The notes below the pieces were generated by a model. That model made no database searches. It worked only from the letters and a program-made list of their open reading frames with translations, and was not told the DNA's origin. Of a stretch of 40,095 nucleotides of DNA, positions 16,480 to 26,397 are shown piece by piece. The translations under genes and the position numbers were made by a program. Within the stretch, counting starts at the first letter, position 1. The number at the start of each line of letters is the position of its first letter. This stretch comes from a virus (Duplodnaviria > Heunggongvirae > Uroviricota > Caudoviricetes), in the IMG/VR virus record IMGVR_UViG_2740892121_000006, positions 1 through 40,095 of that record; one strand, 5' to 3'.

Positions 16480-17054
16480 CAGTAACCTCCTATTTTGAAT
16501 CGGGAGTCAGAATTCATAAAACCTGAGTTAGATAACATTGGCGTCCCACCACTAGATGTACTTCCTTTAGAGAACGGACTCCACGTCCCACCAAACATCT
16601 GGTACGCACCGTATGCCTTCAGAGGCGCAGTGAGCAATGTTGTTGCTGCTCCCACATTCCCCTGTTTACGGGCTGAACTGGCTTCTGCTTTATAGTTGGC
16701 AGCCTGAACCTGATAACCGTAAGCCTCGCGTTGCGCGTTATTCACCGTCGTCAGAGAATCAAGAGCGCCAAACTGGGCAGTGTCGCCAAATATATCCAGC
16801 GCGTTACCTGTAGATAAATCAGCGCCGGTAGCCCCCATTGTCGCCGCCTGTGTACCAAGCCGCTGTCGGGTCTCTCTGCGCCGTTGCTCAGCTTCAGCGT
16901 TACCTCTGTTTATTGCATCATTTGCCTGAGCTGTGGCTATATCTGCGTTCGCTTCTGCAACCTTCGAGGCATACTTTCCCTGTTGGTACTGGGTGTATGC
17001 CTGAATGCCACTCATGGCGAGCATTGCGCCACCAGCAATAACCGGATCGCACAT
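16479..17054 (-). CDS. Internal virion protein (191 aa)
   Basis: Ala/Gly/Gln-rich, overlapping stop/start with neighbours; structural-operon context. Confidence 0.4.
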   Translation of the reverse strand: MCDPVIAGGAMLAMSGIQAYTQYQQGKYASKVAEANADIATAQANDAINRGNAEAEQRRRETRQRLGTQAATMGATGADLSTGNALDIFGDTAQFGALDSLTTVNNAQREAYGYQVQAANYKAEASSARKQGNVGAATTLLTAPLKAYGAYQMFGGTWSPFSKGSTSSGGTPMLSNSGFMNSDSRFKIGGY

Positions 17055-17518
17055 TATTTTCTCTCCATGTGAAATCTGTGGAAATTAAGACCAAGAGCAC
17101 CATAAGGCGCGGCTTCTTCAAGCCTGAATCCAAGCCAGTGCAGCCATGCTTTGGCAACATGGTTTCGCTCGTCGACATAGTTTTCCAGGCGCGGATAAAC
17201 TGCCAGCATCTGCTGCAATACAGGGCGGCAGTGGCGCAGAAATGTCTTCTGATATTTTTCAATACGGCTGGTCCCGACCAGCCATGGCGTACCATTGCCA
17301 CCGATCATTGACGCCGGAGATACACCAAACATGGTTACCAGCTCTCCGTTCGCGAACCCTGACCAGGCCATAGTCGCAGTGCGCAGACCAACACGCAGCG
17401 CATCTTCGGTAGTCATCAGCGATACCGCATACAGTTCGTCAATATCAGCCTGACGAACATCCGGCAAAATCATCTGAAGATGCTCTTCGGTAGCGGGAAT
17501 AATTCGAACATCGATCAT
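17054..17518 (-). CDS. Virion-associated protein (154 aa)
   Basis: Operon context between tail tube gene and internal proteins; ATGA-type coupling. Confidence 0.4.
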   Translation of the reverse strand: MIDVRIIPATEEHLQMILPDVRQADIDELYAVSLMTTEDALRVGLRTATMAWSGFANGELVTMFGVSPASMIGGNGTPWLVGTSRIEKYQKTFLRHCRPVLQQMLAVYPRLENYVDERNHVAKAWLHWLGFRLEEAAPYGALGLNFHRFHMERK

Positions 17519-19989
17519 CAGAATCCCCCAACAGTAAGGCGAGGAATAACGGCAAGAACAGACAGCGGCAACGGGTCAAGCTGACGGATTTTTACACGTC
17601 CGTTTTTGCCCCAGTTACTGTCCAGTTTCACTTCTACTTTTCCGGTAGCATCATCAACAGGATCATCGTAGAACTCGAATTCACGCTGTGGATATTCGTA
17701 CCATTTACCGCCGGGCGTAGTCGCCCAGATGCCGCGGCTGGCATTCACAACCAGAGTAACGGACGGGATCACCTGTTTTTTGTCCAGCAGCGTTTCCTGT
17801 CCGTTAATGTTGATATCCAGTGTTTCGAATTCAGCAGTTATTGGCAGGCCGATGTGCACTACAGCCCCCGGAGATTCCAGTGTGACGGCACCTCCGGAAA
17901 CAACTTTCTGTGGCTCAACATTCGCATCAGAAAGAATGTTTACGGTCTGGCCTTCAAGATGAGACAGGCCTCCAAATGTCCGGCGCGCCATCTGCCAGTT
18001 CGTGGTGGCCACATTCCTGAGGGATGGCGGGACGTTCCTGTTAGCACGAACCACTACAGCGGTATTGCTGGTTACAGAAATAATGTCGCAACGTAATTCT
18101 TTTGACACTTCATCGCCAGTATCAGGATCAGTTCCGGTATAAGGGAACTGTAGTTGCGCGCCGACATCACTACTGGTGAAGTACGCACCACCAGAAACAC
18201 TGATTGTATATTCCGCATGGTAATCCCATTCACCAGAACCACCAGTGATGGTCATCGTTCTGTCAGACGTATTTCTTCCATCATAGCTAAGGCCAGAATC
18301 AACAAAGAAAGCATCTTCATCGCTGGTAAATAAACGGCTGGACAGTCGCTCGATGTATCTCACTGTTTGCCCGTTAACGGTTCGGTTAACGACGAAATAC
18401 ACCGCATCTTCATTGCCTTCGCTGATACTGCATGTGCTTTCATATTTTCCGGTACTGGATTGTGGTGCCCATGCAAAAACCTGCTGATCACGCAAATAGG
18501 TCATCACCAGTAATTTACCGTCATCACGAATGCAGAAGGCACTGGAGTAAGGGACAATCGAGAAGCACCAGTCAACAATGCTGTGCTTCTGAAAAAGATG
18601 ATTGGCAAGGATGGTCAGGTCGTTCCCCTGATAGCCGTCAACATCGAATGAGTAGGCCAGATCACGGACAACACTGCCTTTCTCCTGGACGAACAGAGCA
18701 ATATTCGCCACGGCAATTGGTGGGACATTGCTCGAGCCATTTGATCCCTGAGAGCTGAATGCAAATGATGATGGGGTTAACACTTTGTTCTGGTCGCCGG
18801 TGATGACGTACTCACCTCCGGAAGTCAGTGCCACCAGCGAACCGACATCAATCAGGTGGCGGATCTCATTAACCTGACGCCCGGCATAGGTGTAGATAAT
18901 TCTGTCGTCATCCTGCGTAGGATTGCTTTTGCCAAAATCCTTATAATCCCCGGTACGGCTGGCCCAGATAGTCTGAGGGAACGCAGTCGATGCGGCGAAG
19001 TAAAGACGTTGTTGATAATAAACAACAGTGCCAGGATAACCATTAACACTGTTCCAGGCATATTTAGCCCATTTATAGCTGGCATTATCCTCGCCAACTA
19101 CCTGCGAAGGGATATAGGAAATCACCTCGGCAGTTGCAGTAGTTCCATTTGCAGCAGTGATACGGGCAATGCCAAAACCACTGTGCAGATATTCCCACTC
19201 AATGCCAGTATCATCATCACCGGATCCGCCCCAGCCATCCCATGATGTGCCTTCTGTATGCGAAGGGCGCAAAGTACCTGTTTTGCCTGCTGTAACGGCG
19301 CGATAGTAGTTACTGTCTGCACGGCGAATATCGCCAATCGACGTACTCTTACTGGTTTCCCATACCGGCACAGAATCCACTGCAGGCTGTTCCAGATAGA
19401 ACAATTTGCCTACCTGCTCCGCGCCAAAAATAGAGGCGCTTGCCGTTAACGTAATTGTCCCAGTGCTGGCGCTGGCATAAACCGTCACTGACTCGTCAAT
19501 ATTGATATCTTCAAATGGCCCGTTCTTCGTTATCACATCAACCAGTTGCCAGTTGTCATGAGCATATCGGCGCAACTCTTTCGGCGGGTATGCCGGGTGA
19601 ACCAGCGTAAGCACGTCGGCGCTTTGCGTGAATTTAATTCGGAACAGATCGGCTTCAGTATATGGCGTGGCAATTTCATAAATAACATTGCTACTGTTCA
19701 GCACCAACGCACCATCTTTGATAACGCGCATGTACTGGTGTCCGAACTCCAGAGCATAGGTCTGAACCGTCGAGAACTGGAACGGGATCAGGCGGCATTT
19801 CCGATTTGGGTATTTGGCGGCACCGACAAAACGCGTACCAGGTCGATTCTCAACGCCGCCATACTGCCGCACGATAAAGTTATCGCACTTGCGCAATGCC
19901 ACCTGGTACTTCGCCATGTCAATACGCCCGTACAACGACGGTCCAATCTCACCACCGGCAAAGCTGGGCTGGATCCAACTGATAGCCAT
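17518..19989 (-). CDS. Tail tubular protein B-like (nozzle), 823 aa
   Basis: Size and position match podovirus tail tube B; follows a 201-aa tube A-like gene. Confidence 0.45.
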   Translation of the reverse strand: MAISWIQPSFAGGEIGPSLYGRIDMAKYQVALRKCDNFIVRQYGGVENRPGTRFVGAAKYPNRKCRLIPFQFSTVQTYALEFGHQYMRVIKDGALVLNSSNVIYEIATPYTEADLFRIKFTQSADVLTLVHPAYPPKELRRYAHDNWQLVDVITKNGPFEDINIDESVTVYASASTGTITLTASASIFGAEQVGKLFYLEQPAVDSVPVWETSKSTSIGDIRRADSNYYRAVTAGKTGTLRPSHTEGTSWDGWGGSGDDDTGIEWEYLHSGFGIARITAANGTTATAEVISYIPSQVVGEDNASYKWAKYAWNSVNGYPGTVVYYQQRLYFAASTAFPQTIWASRTGDYKDFGKSNPTQDDDRIIYTYAGRQVNEIRHLIDVGSLVALTSGGEYVITGDQNKVLTPSSFAFSSQGSNGSSNVPPIAVANIALFVQEKGSVVRDLAYSFDVDGYQGNDLTILANHLFQKHSIVDWCFSIVPYSSAFCIRDDGKLLVMTYLRDQQVFAWAPQSSTGKYESTCSISEGNEDAVYFVVNRTVNGQTVRYIERLSSRLFTSDEDAFFVDSGLSYDGRNTSDRTMTITGGSGEWDYHAEYTISVSGGAYFTSSDVGAQLQFPYTGTDPDTGDEVSKELRCDIISVTSNTAVVVRANRNVPPSLRNVATTNWQMARRTFGGLSHLEGQTVNILSDANVEPQKVVSGGAVTLESPGAVVHIGLPITAEFETLDININGQETLLDKKQVIPSVTLVVNASRGIWATTPGGKWYEYPQREFEFYDDPVDDATGKVEVKLDSNWGKNGRVKIRQLDPLPLSVLAVIPRLTVGGF

Positions 19990-20594
19990 CAGGACAACCT
20001 CGCAATGGTAAACTCATCAACCGGTGGCTGTGGTTCCTGTGATTCATTCTGGCTATGCGAGCCAGCACTAAGAATCACGCGATTGTACATATTGAGGGCA
20101 AACGTACCGAGGTCTGCATTCCCAGTCAGCGCCATGTTAATAGCTGCCGCAAGACGCCAGGCCAACGCCTCCATAAAAATGGCATCAAACATGTTCACAT
20201 CTGTAACGCGAGAGACATACTTGAGCCATGCCTGAGGCTGGTCTGTATAGATCAACTTTCCTGTTCCGTTGGTGTCTGCACCAACTTCGTACTGAACGCG
20301 CATTGCTGCTGTTGGATTGCGTACACCAGGAAGCATAATTTCAGTAATGCGCAGACAATCGGACGGGTACTGATACGCATATTCCCAGTCAGGCGGTGGA
20401 TTGCTCGTATCTGCAAGCGCCACGCGTTTAGTAGCAAAGTTCCAGTCAAAATCAGAAAGCACAGCATCACGGCAGGCTTCAAAGTGCAGCGAACATTCCC
20501 CCGCTTCCTTGCTGGCTTCCGTCAGGCTGTTAATGCTGCGGCTATTGCCAATATTGGACAGCGCACGATTGCAGATCTCTACTACAGAGGCCAT
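19989..20594 (-). CDS. Tail tubular protein A-like / adaptor (201 aa)
   Basis: Size and position analogous to T7 gp11; overlapping stop/start. Confidence 0.4.
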   Translation of the reverse strand: MASVVEICNRALSNIGNSRSINSLTEASKEAGECSLHFEACRDAVLSDFDWNFATKRVALADTSNPPPDWEYAYQYPSDCLRITEIMLPGVRNPTAAMRVQYEVGADTNGTGKLIYTDQPQAWLKYVSRVTDVNMFDAIFMEALAWRLAAAINMALTGNADLGTFALNMYNRVILSAGSHSQNESQEPQPPVDEFTIARLS

Positions 20595-20923
20595 TACTCA
20601 CCCCCATTGCCGTACAGAGTTTCAGCCGCTGATTTTTCTACATCCCCGGAAACAGGAGCGATCGCCATATCAGTGATCTGCAGATCGGCGCTACGATTAA
20701 CACCATCGTCAGTTTCTCTGGCAGACAGGCCTCGAATAACAGCCTTTGCAGTTATCATCACTTCTGTTCCGACGCCCTGAGGTTGCGCCTTCAGCTTATT
20801 CAATGTGTCGTTATTAAGAGTGATGCACAGCCCCCACGGGTATTCATCGCGAGTTCTGGTTTCTCCGCTCTCATCCTGGTAGCTGTCAGTGCCGGTTTTG
20901 AGGTTTACGAGTTCCATATACAC
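20594..20923 (-). CDS. Small head-tail joining or head-completion protein (109 aa)
   Basis: Position between capsid-proximal genes and tail tube genes. Confidence 0.35.
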   Translation of the reverse strand: MYMELVNLKTGTDSYQDESGETRTRDEYPWGLCITLNNDTLNKLKAQPQGVGTEVMITAKAVIRGLSARETDDGVNRSADLQITDMAIAPVSGDVEKSAAETLYGNGGE

Positions 20924-20967
20924 TCCTGCAATAAAGGGGCCGAAGCCCCTTGTCTGATCCGCGAGGC

Positions 20968-21303
20968 TTACACGCCCAGTTCTTTACGCTTATCTGCGAT
21001 CTTCTCGCGGAGCGTTTCGGCTTTGACTTTATGGTGTGGCTTCTCGTTAAAGAGCAATTCGTACTCTTCACGGAGCTTATCCAGTTCACCATCATCTGAC
21101 ACATCGTTGATGATTTTGGTGCTGGTTGCTGCCATTGACACCTTTCCTGCAACTTTTGCTTTTGCCTGTCTGGCTGCATCGTTAACAGGTTCCAGTGCGC
21201 TACCAGGCTCACCTTCGTATTCGATTTCTGCCCCCTCCGGCCACAGAGTGTTATGGATATGAGAGAGGCGCAAAACGCGGTATCTTGGTTTCTCACCTGA
21301 CAT
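20968..21303 (-). CDS. Hypothetical structural-module protein (111 aa)
   Basis: ATG 21303 with SD AAGGTGA; track start GTG 21312. Confidence 0.4.
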   Translation of the reverse strand: MSGEKPRYRVLRLSHIHNTLWPEGAEIEYEGEPGSALEPVNDAARQAKAKVAGKVSMAATSTKIINDVSDDGELDKLREEYELLFNEKPHHKVKAETLREKIADKRKELGV

Positions 21304-21313
21304 CGATATCACC

Positions 21314-21751
21314 TTAACCAGTTACTTTTGAGCGGATCGGATACGGCGTATTGGCATCAACATCAAGACTGATACCAGCAGTGAATTCGCCAGCCGTTAG
21401 TGGGCCAGTTGCGACGGAGTAGTTAACACGCAGATATCGCTGAACACCGGCAGGCACCTTTGCAGAAACAACTCGTTTACCTGCTGTCAGGGCGGTCTTT
21501 GCCAGTGCGCCACTATCATAAATAGTGGTCCATGAGCTGTTATTCTCACTCGTCTGCAACTGGATGTTTACAGTTGCATCACCGCTTGCCGCGGCGGCTG
21601 TGTTAACCAGCGCCCAAAACTCAAGCGGGTAACCCACGCCGATATCACGACGTTTTCCGTCAATTGGACCGAGATCGATTACGTCAGTAGAAGCCGCGGT
21701 ATTCGTAACCGCCTGAGCTTCGGAGAACATCAACAGTTTGTCGGTGATCAT
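21314..21751 (-). CDS. Possible capsid decoration / Ig-like protein (145 aa)
   Basis: Ser/Thr/Ala/Val-rich beta-type composition, immediately after major capsid gene and a stem-loop. Confidence 0.35.
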   Translation of the reverse strand: MITDKLLMFSEAQAVTNTAASTDVIDLGPIDGKRRDIGVGYPLEFWALVNTAAAASGDATVNIQLQTSENNSSWTTIYDSGALAKTALTAGKRVVSAKVPAGVQRYLRVNYSVATGPLTAGEFTAGISLDVDANTPYPIRSKVTG

Positions 21752-21802
21752 CTTCTTTCTCCATTAGTGGGTCTGTTACGACCCACAGGTTAATAACAGG
21801 CG

Positions 21803-22795
21803 TTACACCACGCGGGCTTCTGTTTCCAGAAGCGCATCAGTTTCACGGATTGGTACACCACGGAATGAAGTCCACCACTCGCCTTCTGTCTCTTTTACGC
21901 TGATCGCCAGAGATGTTTTCTCCAGAGATTGCAGATCAAGAGCCTGGCCTACAGTGCGGTTCATGTAGAACACCGGGCGACCCATGCCACGATTTGGAAT
22001 GCGATGCAGTGCTTTAACCATCAACTTCGCAATATTTGCGGCAGAGGAAGGTTCTGAAAGATTGCTGACATCGATGTTTGCAATGCGAACAACATAACGC
22101 CAGTCACGCAGAGCAAGTCCGTTGTCCCATTTGTAATGGGTACGGTAGCCTTCGTACTTGCCGCCATTCGCATCTTCCAGTGTCACCTGGCCTTTATCTT
22201 CCATCTGGATGCCAGCCTTCTGCCCTTTCGGGAAGATGCCATGCACGGTGTTTTCGCCCCAAACCACTAACCAGATTGAGGTGTTATCTGTACCCGTGCC
22301 ACCAGCATCAATGATGTTCTGAGCATTACCCGCAGACAGGCTGGAATAGCGGGAGGACAGTCCCATAAACTGCTGAGGGTTAACGCTGGAATCACCATAA
22401 AACAGTGTCTGCGCCATCTGCTGATTCATCGCTTCAATAAATGCGCGGTCTTCAGACAGGCGGAATTCGGCGGTATTACCGTTCAGATCAGCCAGTGACT
22501 TATCGACTTCAGCATAGGTTTCCAGCATGCCAACGGAATCGGTGACCTGCACTGTGGTTGATTTGCTTGGCTGTACACCATAGTTCAGCAAACGCCAGGT
22601 AGCTGAAGGTAAACCAGAACGAATGGTGGTTCGGTGTCCGGTAGGAAGGTTCCCTTCGACAAAAGGCATATCCTGAAGGATCGGGTTAGTTTGACCGAGA
22701 AGCTCGATAATCTTATCGACTTTCCCGTTTGGATCGACGCGCTTACCCCAGTCAGCCAGCGTTAGCGCAGTTAAGCCTTTAACAGCCATTGTCAT
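21803..22795 (-). CDS. Major capsid protein
   Basis: 330 aa, directly downstream of scaffold gene; size typical of podovirus HK97-fold coat proteins. Confidence 0.65.
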   Translation of the reverse strand: MTMAVKGLTALTLADWGKRVDPNGKVDKIIELLGQTNPILQDMPFVEGNLPTGHRTTIRSGLPSATWRLLNYGVQPSKSTTVQVTDSVGMLETYAEVDKSLADLNGNTAEFRLSEDRAFIEAMNQQMAQTLFYGDSSVNPQQFMGLSSRYSSLSAGNAQNIIDAGGTGTDNTSIWLVVWGENTVHGIFPKGQKAGIQMEDKGQVTLEDANGGKYEGYRTHYKWDNGLALRDWRYVVRIANIDVSNLSEPSSAANIAKLMVKALHRIPNRGMGRPVFYMNRTVGQALDLQSLEKTSLAISVKETEGEWWTSFRGVPIRETDALLETEARVV

Positions 22796-22803
22796 TTCCT
22801 CTC

Positions 22804-23499
22804 TTATTTGCCATAGAGCACTTCGGCCGCACTACGCTGGCCTTCATTACCACCGGTGACCATGCCATCTTCAGACATCGCCTTTCCGATTTTCACGAAC
22901 GTTTTGACCAGATCAGGGTGATTACCCAGCCCGGTGGTGTTCAGATATTCTTTGAGTTCAGGTGTCCCGAACTGGTCAAGCGCACGCTGTGCGGCGCTAA
23001 GGTTAGAAATCAACTTGTCGCCACCGATTTCTTTGTCAGCTTTTACATCCGCAGCCCACTGCTCGGTTGTTTTCTGCCAGGCTTCTGCCTGGCGCTGCTG
23101 AACACCTGCCAGAATCTTCGGATAAGCATCAACCAGCTTTTGCGCTTGCTCGTTGGTCAGGTTTAGTTCTCGCGCCACCGGCTCGAATTCCTTCAACGCT
23201 TCTGTATCCAGCTCTACGCCTTCGGCAGCCTGAAACTCGTACTTCTCCGGCGCACCCTCCGGTTTATCGCCGCCCTTTTTTTCATCCTGCTTATCGTTTT
23301 CAGGCTTTTTGTCATCAGCAGGTTTATCGCCATCAGCAACAGGTTGTGGCTTATCACCTTCCTGTTGTGATGGTTCACCAACTGGAGCAGGGGTATCACC
23401 TGCAGGCGCTGACGGTTCTGACGCAGCCGGAGCTGCTCCACCATCGACTGGTTGCTCATTGCAAAGACGGCGATACAGCAAACGCTCAAATAAATTCAT
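22804..23499 (-). CDS. Scaffolding protein
   Basis: Pro/Ala/Asp/Lys-rich low-complexity N-terminal half, helical C-terminal half; between portal and capsid; ATG 23499 with SD AGGAG. Confidence 0.6.
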   Translation of the reverse strand: MNLFERLLYRRLCNEQPVDGGAAPAASEPSAPAGDTPAPVGEPSQQEGDKPQPVADGDKPADDKKPENDKQDEKKGGDKPEGAPEKYEFQAAEGVELDTEALKEFEPVARELNLTNEQAQKLVDAYPKILAGVQQRQAEAWQKTTEQWAADVKADKEIGGDKLISNLSAAQRALDQFGTPELKEYLNTTGLGNHPDLVKTFVKIGKAMSEDGMVTGGNEGQRSAAEVLYGK

Positions 23500-23501
23500 G
23501 A

Positions 23502-23798
23502 TCACTCCTGTTCACTGGCCTCTTTGGCCATCTTCAAATACTGTTCAGGGCAATGCGCCATAACGCGCTGAAACAGTTCCAGCGCCAGATTGCGTTGCCC
23601 CTCATTAAATGCCATTGCCATAGCGTCCATCGGTGAGATAGCGGAAAACACACGGCCTTTCTCCAGCACCGACCAGACAACGCGACGCCCCTGTTCACTG
23701 CTCATGACAAAGCGAATGTCATCAATTTCACGCTGCGCCATGTCACGTTGCTTACGGGCGTTTTCTTCTTTCAGTTGATCGTCTTCGTAATCAGTCAT
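23502..23798 (-). CDS. Small acidic protein (98 aa), head-assembly context
   Basis: ATGA overlap with portal stop; coiled-coil-like charged sequence. Confidence 0.45.
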   Translation of the reverse strand: MTDYEDDQLKEENARKQRDMAQREIDDIRFVMSSEQGRRVVWSVLEKGRVFSAISPMDAMAMAFNEGQRNLALELFQRVMAHCPEQYLKMAKEASEQE

Positions 23799-25474
23799 TG
23801 TGATTGCCCACCCTGACCACTAACTGCATTCGCCATAGCTGACAAAACACTCGGATCCGAAGTTTTAGCTTCGCTTAGCGTCTTGGCGCCCTGTGCCGCC
23901 GCCATCCCCATCGCCATCATTTGTTGCTGCTGTTGCTGCTGTGCCCGTTGCTGGCGAGCCTGCTCAACCTGTTCCTGCGGAACAATGACGGTTGGAGACA
24001 CTCCGGACATATCAGCGAATGCATCGATCGCCTGATCAACGTTGAGTTTGTCGAGAGCTTCTGGTTTCGCTTGCGCAAGTTGACCAATGAAGTTGACCGT
24101 AGACGCCAGACTGGACAGGCCGATAGACTTCTGCGCCTGAGCCATGACGGAAATGTATTCGACCTTCAGGGGCATACCTTCCATCACGTCTGGCGGTGGC
24201 GGCAGCATGTTTTTACGCACCATCATTGAGAAAGCGCGGTCAATGAGAGGATTAAGACATTCGTCGTTCAGACGCTCCAGAACCGGCCCCAACATCAGAA
24301 GTTTTTCTTCTTTCATTTCGATCACTGCTTCAACAGGCATCGAGCGGGTATTGATGTTCTGCAACATCATGAACAGATCGACAAAGTAGGCGCTGTTAAT
24401 GATTTGACGAGTGTCCTGAATGTCTGCTACCAGATCTGCTGTACTGGGGTTAACCAGATAAGCAGGCCTGAAGCCATCCTGACCAGTAATCTGATCGATA
24501 TACGTGATGTCGCCAGGAAGAAGGGAGGCGCGCTGATTCTTGAGGGAAGTCGGAGCAACCATCGGCGGATTGGTGGCTTTATCAATCAACTGCGACTTGC
24601 GCTTCTGGAGAAGTTGCAATGCCTTAACAGGTCCAAGCGCCAGCATACCCGGGCATGATGATCCATAAACATCTTCGCCATTAACTTCCCAGCGCGGAGC
24701 CATAATTGGAAACTCATCAAATCCGGACTCACGCAACAACTTGTCGTTATCGCCACCAACCTCGTAATAAACCGATTTGAATGGCTTGTTCTTGCTATCC
24801 AGCTTCGATGTATCGCGGTCAATGTTCGGGTAAACCGAATGCATCACGTCAATCCACTTCTCGTAGGTGCCGCTTTCCCACATGCTTTTTACGGATTCGC
24901 TGACGTTATTTAGCCCGAACTCCTGAACAAGCTGACGAACAGTCATAGAGAACTTGCGAAAACAGGTGTCCACACTGCCACGAGGTGAGTTAGCCAGGTA
25001 GTAACTGCCTATCGGGAATGGCATTGTGCGAATGATGTCCTCGTCATCCTCCAGCACCGCCATTGCACCAGTGCTGTATGTGCCGAGGCTTCCGTATAAC
25101 TGCGGAAGAGACTGGTAGAGATTCGACTTATTGAACATATCGTTCATGCGGTTCTGCACCGCCTCGAGCCACAACTTAACAGGACCATAATCCATCATTT
25201 CAGGATCTGGCGTAGCCAGGCGAAACCACGGACGCGCGGGGCTTGTGATGCCTGACATCATGCCGCTGGCGAGAGTGCGCGCCGCCATAGTCCCGGTCGA
25301 ATCAATAATGCGTGTATTGCGTCGATCGTTACGGTTGACCTCAGAAGTCAGAAAGCGGGAACCACGCGGGTTGATGTAATCACTCAACTCGCGCCAGTGC
25401 GGCTCAAACGACTGACGCTCGCTTTCAAGTTGTGCGAACTGTTTGTTCAATCGCTCTTTAGTTGTTTCCGCCAT
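23795..25474 (-). CDS. Portal protein
   Basis: 559 aa; position after terminase and before scaffold; C-terminal Gln/Ala/Gly-rich tail. Confidence 0.7.
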   Translation of the reverse strand: MAETTKERLNKQFAQLESERQSFEPHWRELSDYINPRGSRFLTSEVNRNDRRNTRIIDSTGTMAARTLASGMMSGITSPARPWFRLATPDPEMMDYGPVKLWLEAVQNRMNDMFNKSNLYQSLPQLYGSLGTYSTGAMAVLEDDEDIIRTMPFPIGSYYLANSPRGSVDTCFRKFSMTVRQLVQEFGLNNVSESVKSMWESGTYEKWIDVMHSVYPNIDRDTSKLDSKNKPFKSVYYEVGGDNDKLLRESGFDEFPIMAPRWEVNGEDVYGSSCPGMLALGPVKALQLLQKRKSQLIDKATNPPMVAPTSLKNQRASLLPGDITYIDQITGQDGFRPAYLVNPSTADLVADIQDTRQIINSAYFVDLFMMLQNINTRSMPVEAVIEMKEEKLLMLGPVLERLNDECLNPLIDRAFSMMVRKNMLPPPPDVMEGMPLKVEYISVMAQAQKSIGLSSLASTVNFIGQLAQAKPEALDKLNVDQAIDAFADMSGVSPTVIVPQEQVEQARQQRAQQQQQQQMMAMGMAAAQGAKTLSEAKTSDPSVLSAMANAVSGQGGQSQ

Positions 25475-25488
25475 TTCAATGACTCCGG

Positions 25489-25695
25489 TTACTGACCAAG
25501 CAGCGTTTTACCGCTGGTATTAGCGGTTGATGTGTCGCCCTGAGAACCGGTAAGCAGCGTAGAACTACGACCAGCAGCAGCGCGACGGCGACGTGTTTCT
25601 TCGTCGCGGGCATCAACAACGGCGACATCCTGCTCCTGTGGTGCTGCCTGAACTTCTGGTGTTGCAGGCACTGATGGTGAGCTACCCATGCACAT
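25489..25695 (-). CDS. Small acidic/Pro-rich protein (68 aa)
   Basis: SD GGAG 8 nt upstream of ATG 25695; preferred over overlapping frame 25476-25715 whose translation is Cys/His/Arg-rich. Confidence 0.35.
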   Translation of the reverse strand: MCMGSSPSVPATPEVQAAPQEQDVAVVDARDEETRRRRAAAGRSSTLLTGSQGDTSTANTSGKTLLGQ

Positions 25696-25784
25696 ATCAA
25701 TGACTCCGTACGCAATTAAATTATTACCAATTTAACCACATATGTTTTATTTATCGTAGAAGGTTGACATTTAACGCGCTAATT

Positions 25785-25801
25785 ATTACCTTTCAGGTAA
25801 C
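25785..25801. promoter_or_regulatory. 17-bp palindrome (candidate operator) with TTGACA hexamer upstream
   Basis: ATTACCTTTCAGGTAAC, identical in 16/17 positions including spacer to the site at 5717; TTGACA at 25764-25769; half-site ATTACC at 25723. Confidence 0.45.
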
Positions 25802-26122
25802 TAAAGAGTTCATTCCGGTTACTAACCTGACTGGCTTGTCGTTAAATTGAACAGGTGGAGTGAGCTTTTATTTTGAGCAGTACGGCGTATGGCACATGCG
25901 CCGATAGCGGTCTGGATACGTTTAAGGGGCACCCTCCCTTGCTCGGGCAAACGAACCAGGTAGCCGGAATGTGCAAGTCGAGCGGTTTTATTCCGCGCAC
26001 GGGGATTCACCATCCCGGCGATTCGGTGTGACGCCTCGGAAGAGACGAGGGTACAACGATGAGAGCATTTATGGAGCCGCGACAAAGTGTGGCGCCTTAA
26101 CAGGCTAAGTGCTCTCAGCGTT

Positions 26123-26199
26123 GTGGCATTAGCTCAGTTGGACAGAGCAACCGCCTTCTAAGCGGTTGGTCGCAGGTTCGAATCCTGCATGCCACGCCA
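26123..26199 (+). tRNA. tRNA-Arg (anticodon UCU, reads AGA)
   Basis: Cloverleaf read by eye: acceptor GTGGCAT/ATGCCAC, D-arm AGCTCAGTTGGACAGAGC, anticodon loop CUUCUAA, T-arm GCAGGTTCGAATCCTGC, discriminator G, encoded CCA. Confidence 0.85.
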
Positions 26200-26242
26200 G
26201 AATCACGCCTAAGGACCGTGATGCCAGAAGTTCCAGGGGCTT

Positions 26243-26286
26243 GGCGGTGATGGTTTCCCTTGAAGGACTATCACCGCCCTTTTTAC
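26243..26286 (+). terminator. Rho-independent terminator after tRNA
   Basis: About 10-bp stem GGCGGTGATGG / CTATCACCGCC followed by CTTTTT. Confidence 0.65.
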
Positions 26287-26362
26287 AGCAGGACGCCATT
26301 GCGATGACTTCATGCTGTAAACCAGTACAGCCACGGAAGGCATAACTCATTGCTTCCAGTTC

Positions 26363-26386
26363 GCCCGGTTCGCCGGGCATTTTTTT
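26363..26386 (+). terminator. Terminator-like hairpin abutting the RBS of gene 26398
   Basis: GCCCGG-TTCG-CCGGGC then ATTTTTTT, 11 nt before SD AAGGTGAG. Confidence 0.5.
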
Positions 26387-26397
26387 AAGGTGAGATT

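Noticed and set aside
25476-25715. Alternative frame 25476-25715 for the small gene before portal
   Set aside because: Translation is Cys/His/Arg-rich and junk-like; the overlapping 25489-25695 frame has an SD and protein-like composition.
25822-26380. Minus-strand ORFs 25822-26085 and 26129-26380
   Set aside because: One overlaps the tRNA-Arg gene on the opposite strand and the other covers GC-rich hairpin sequence; no RBS; Arg/Cys/His-rich translations.
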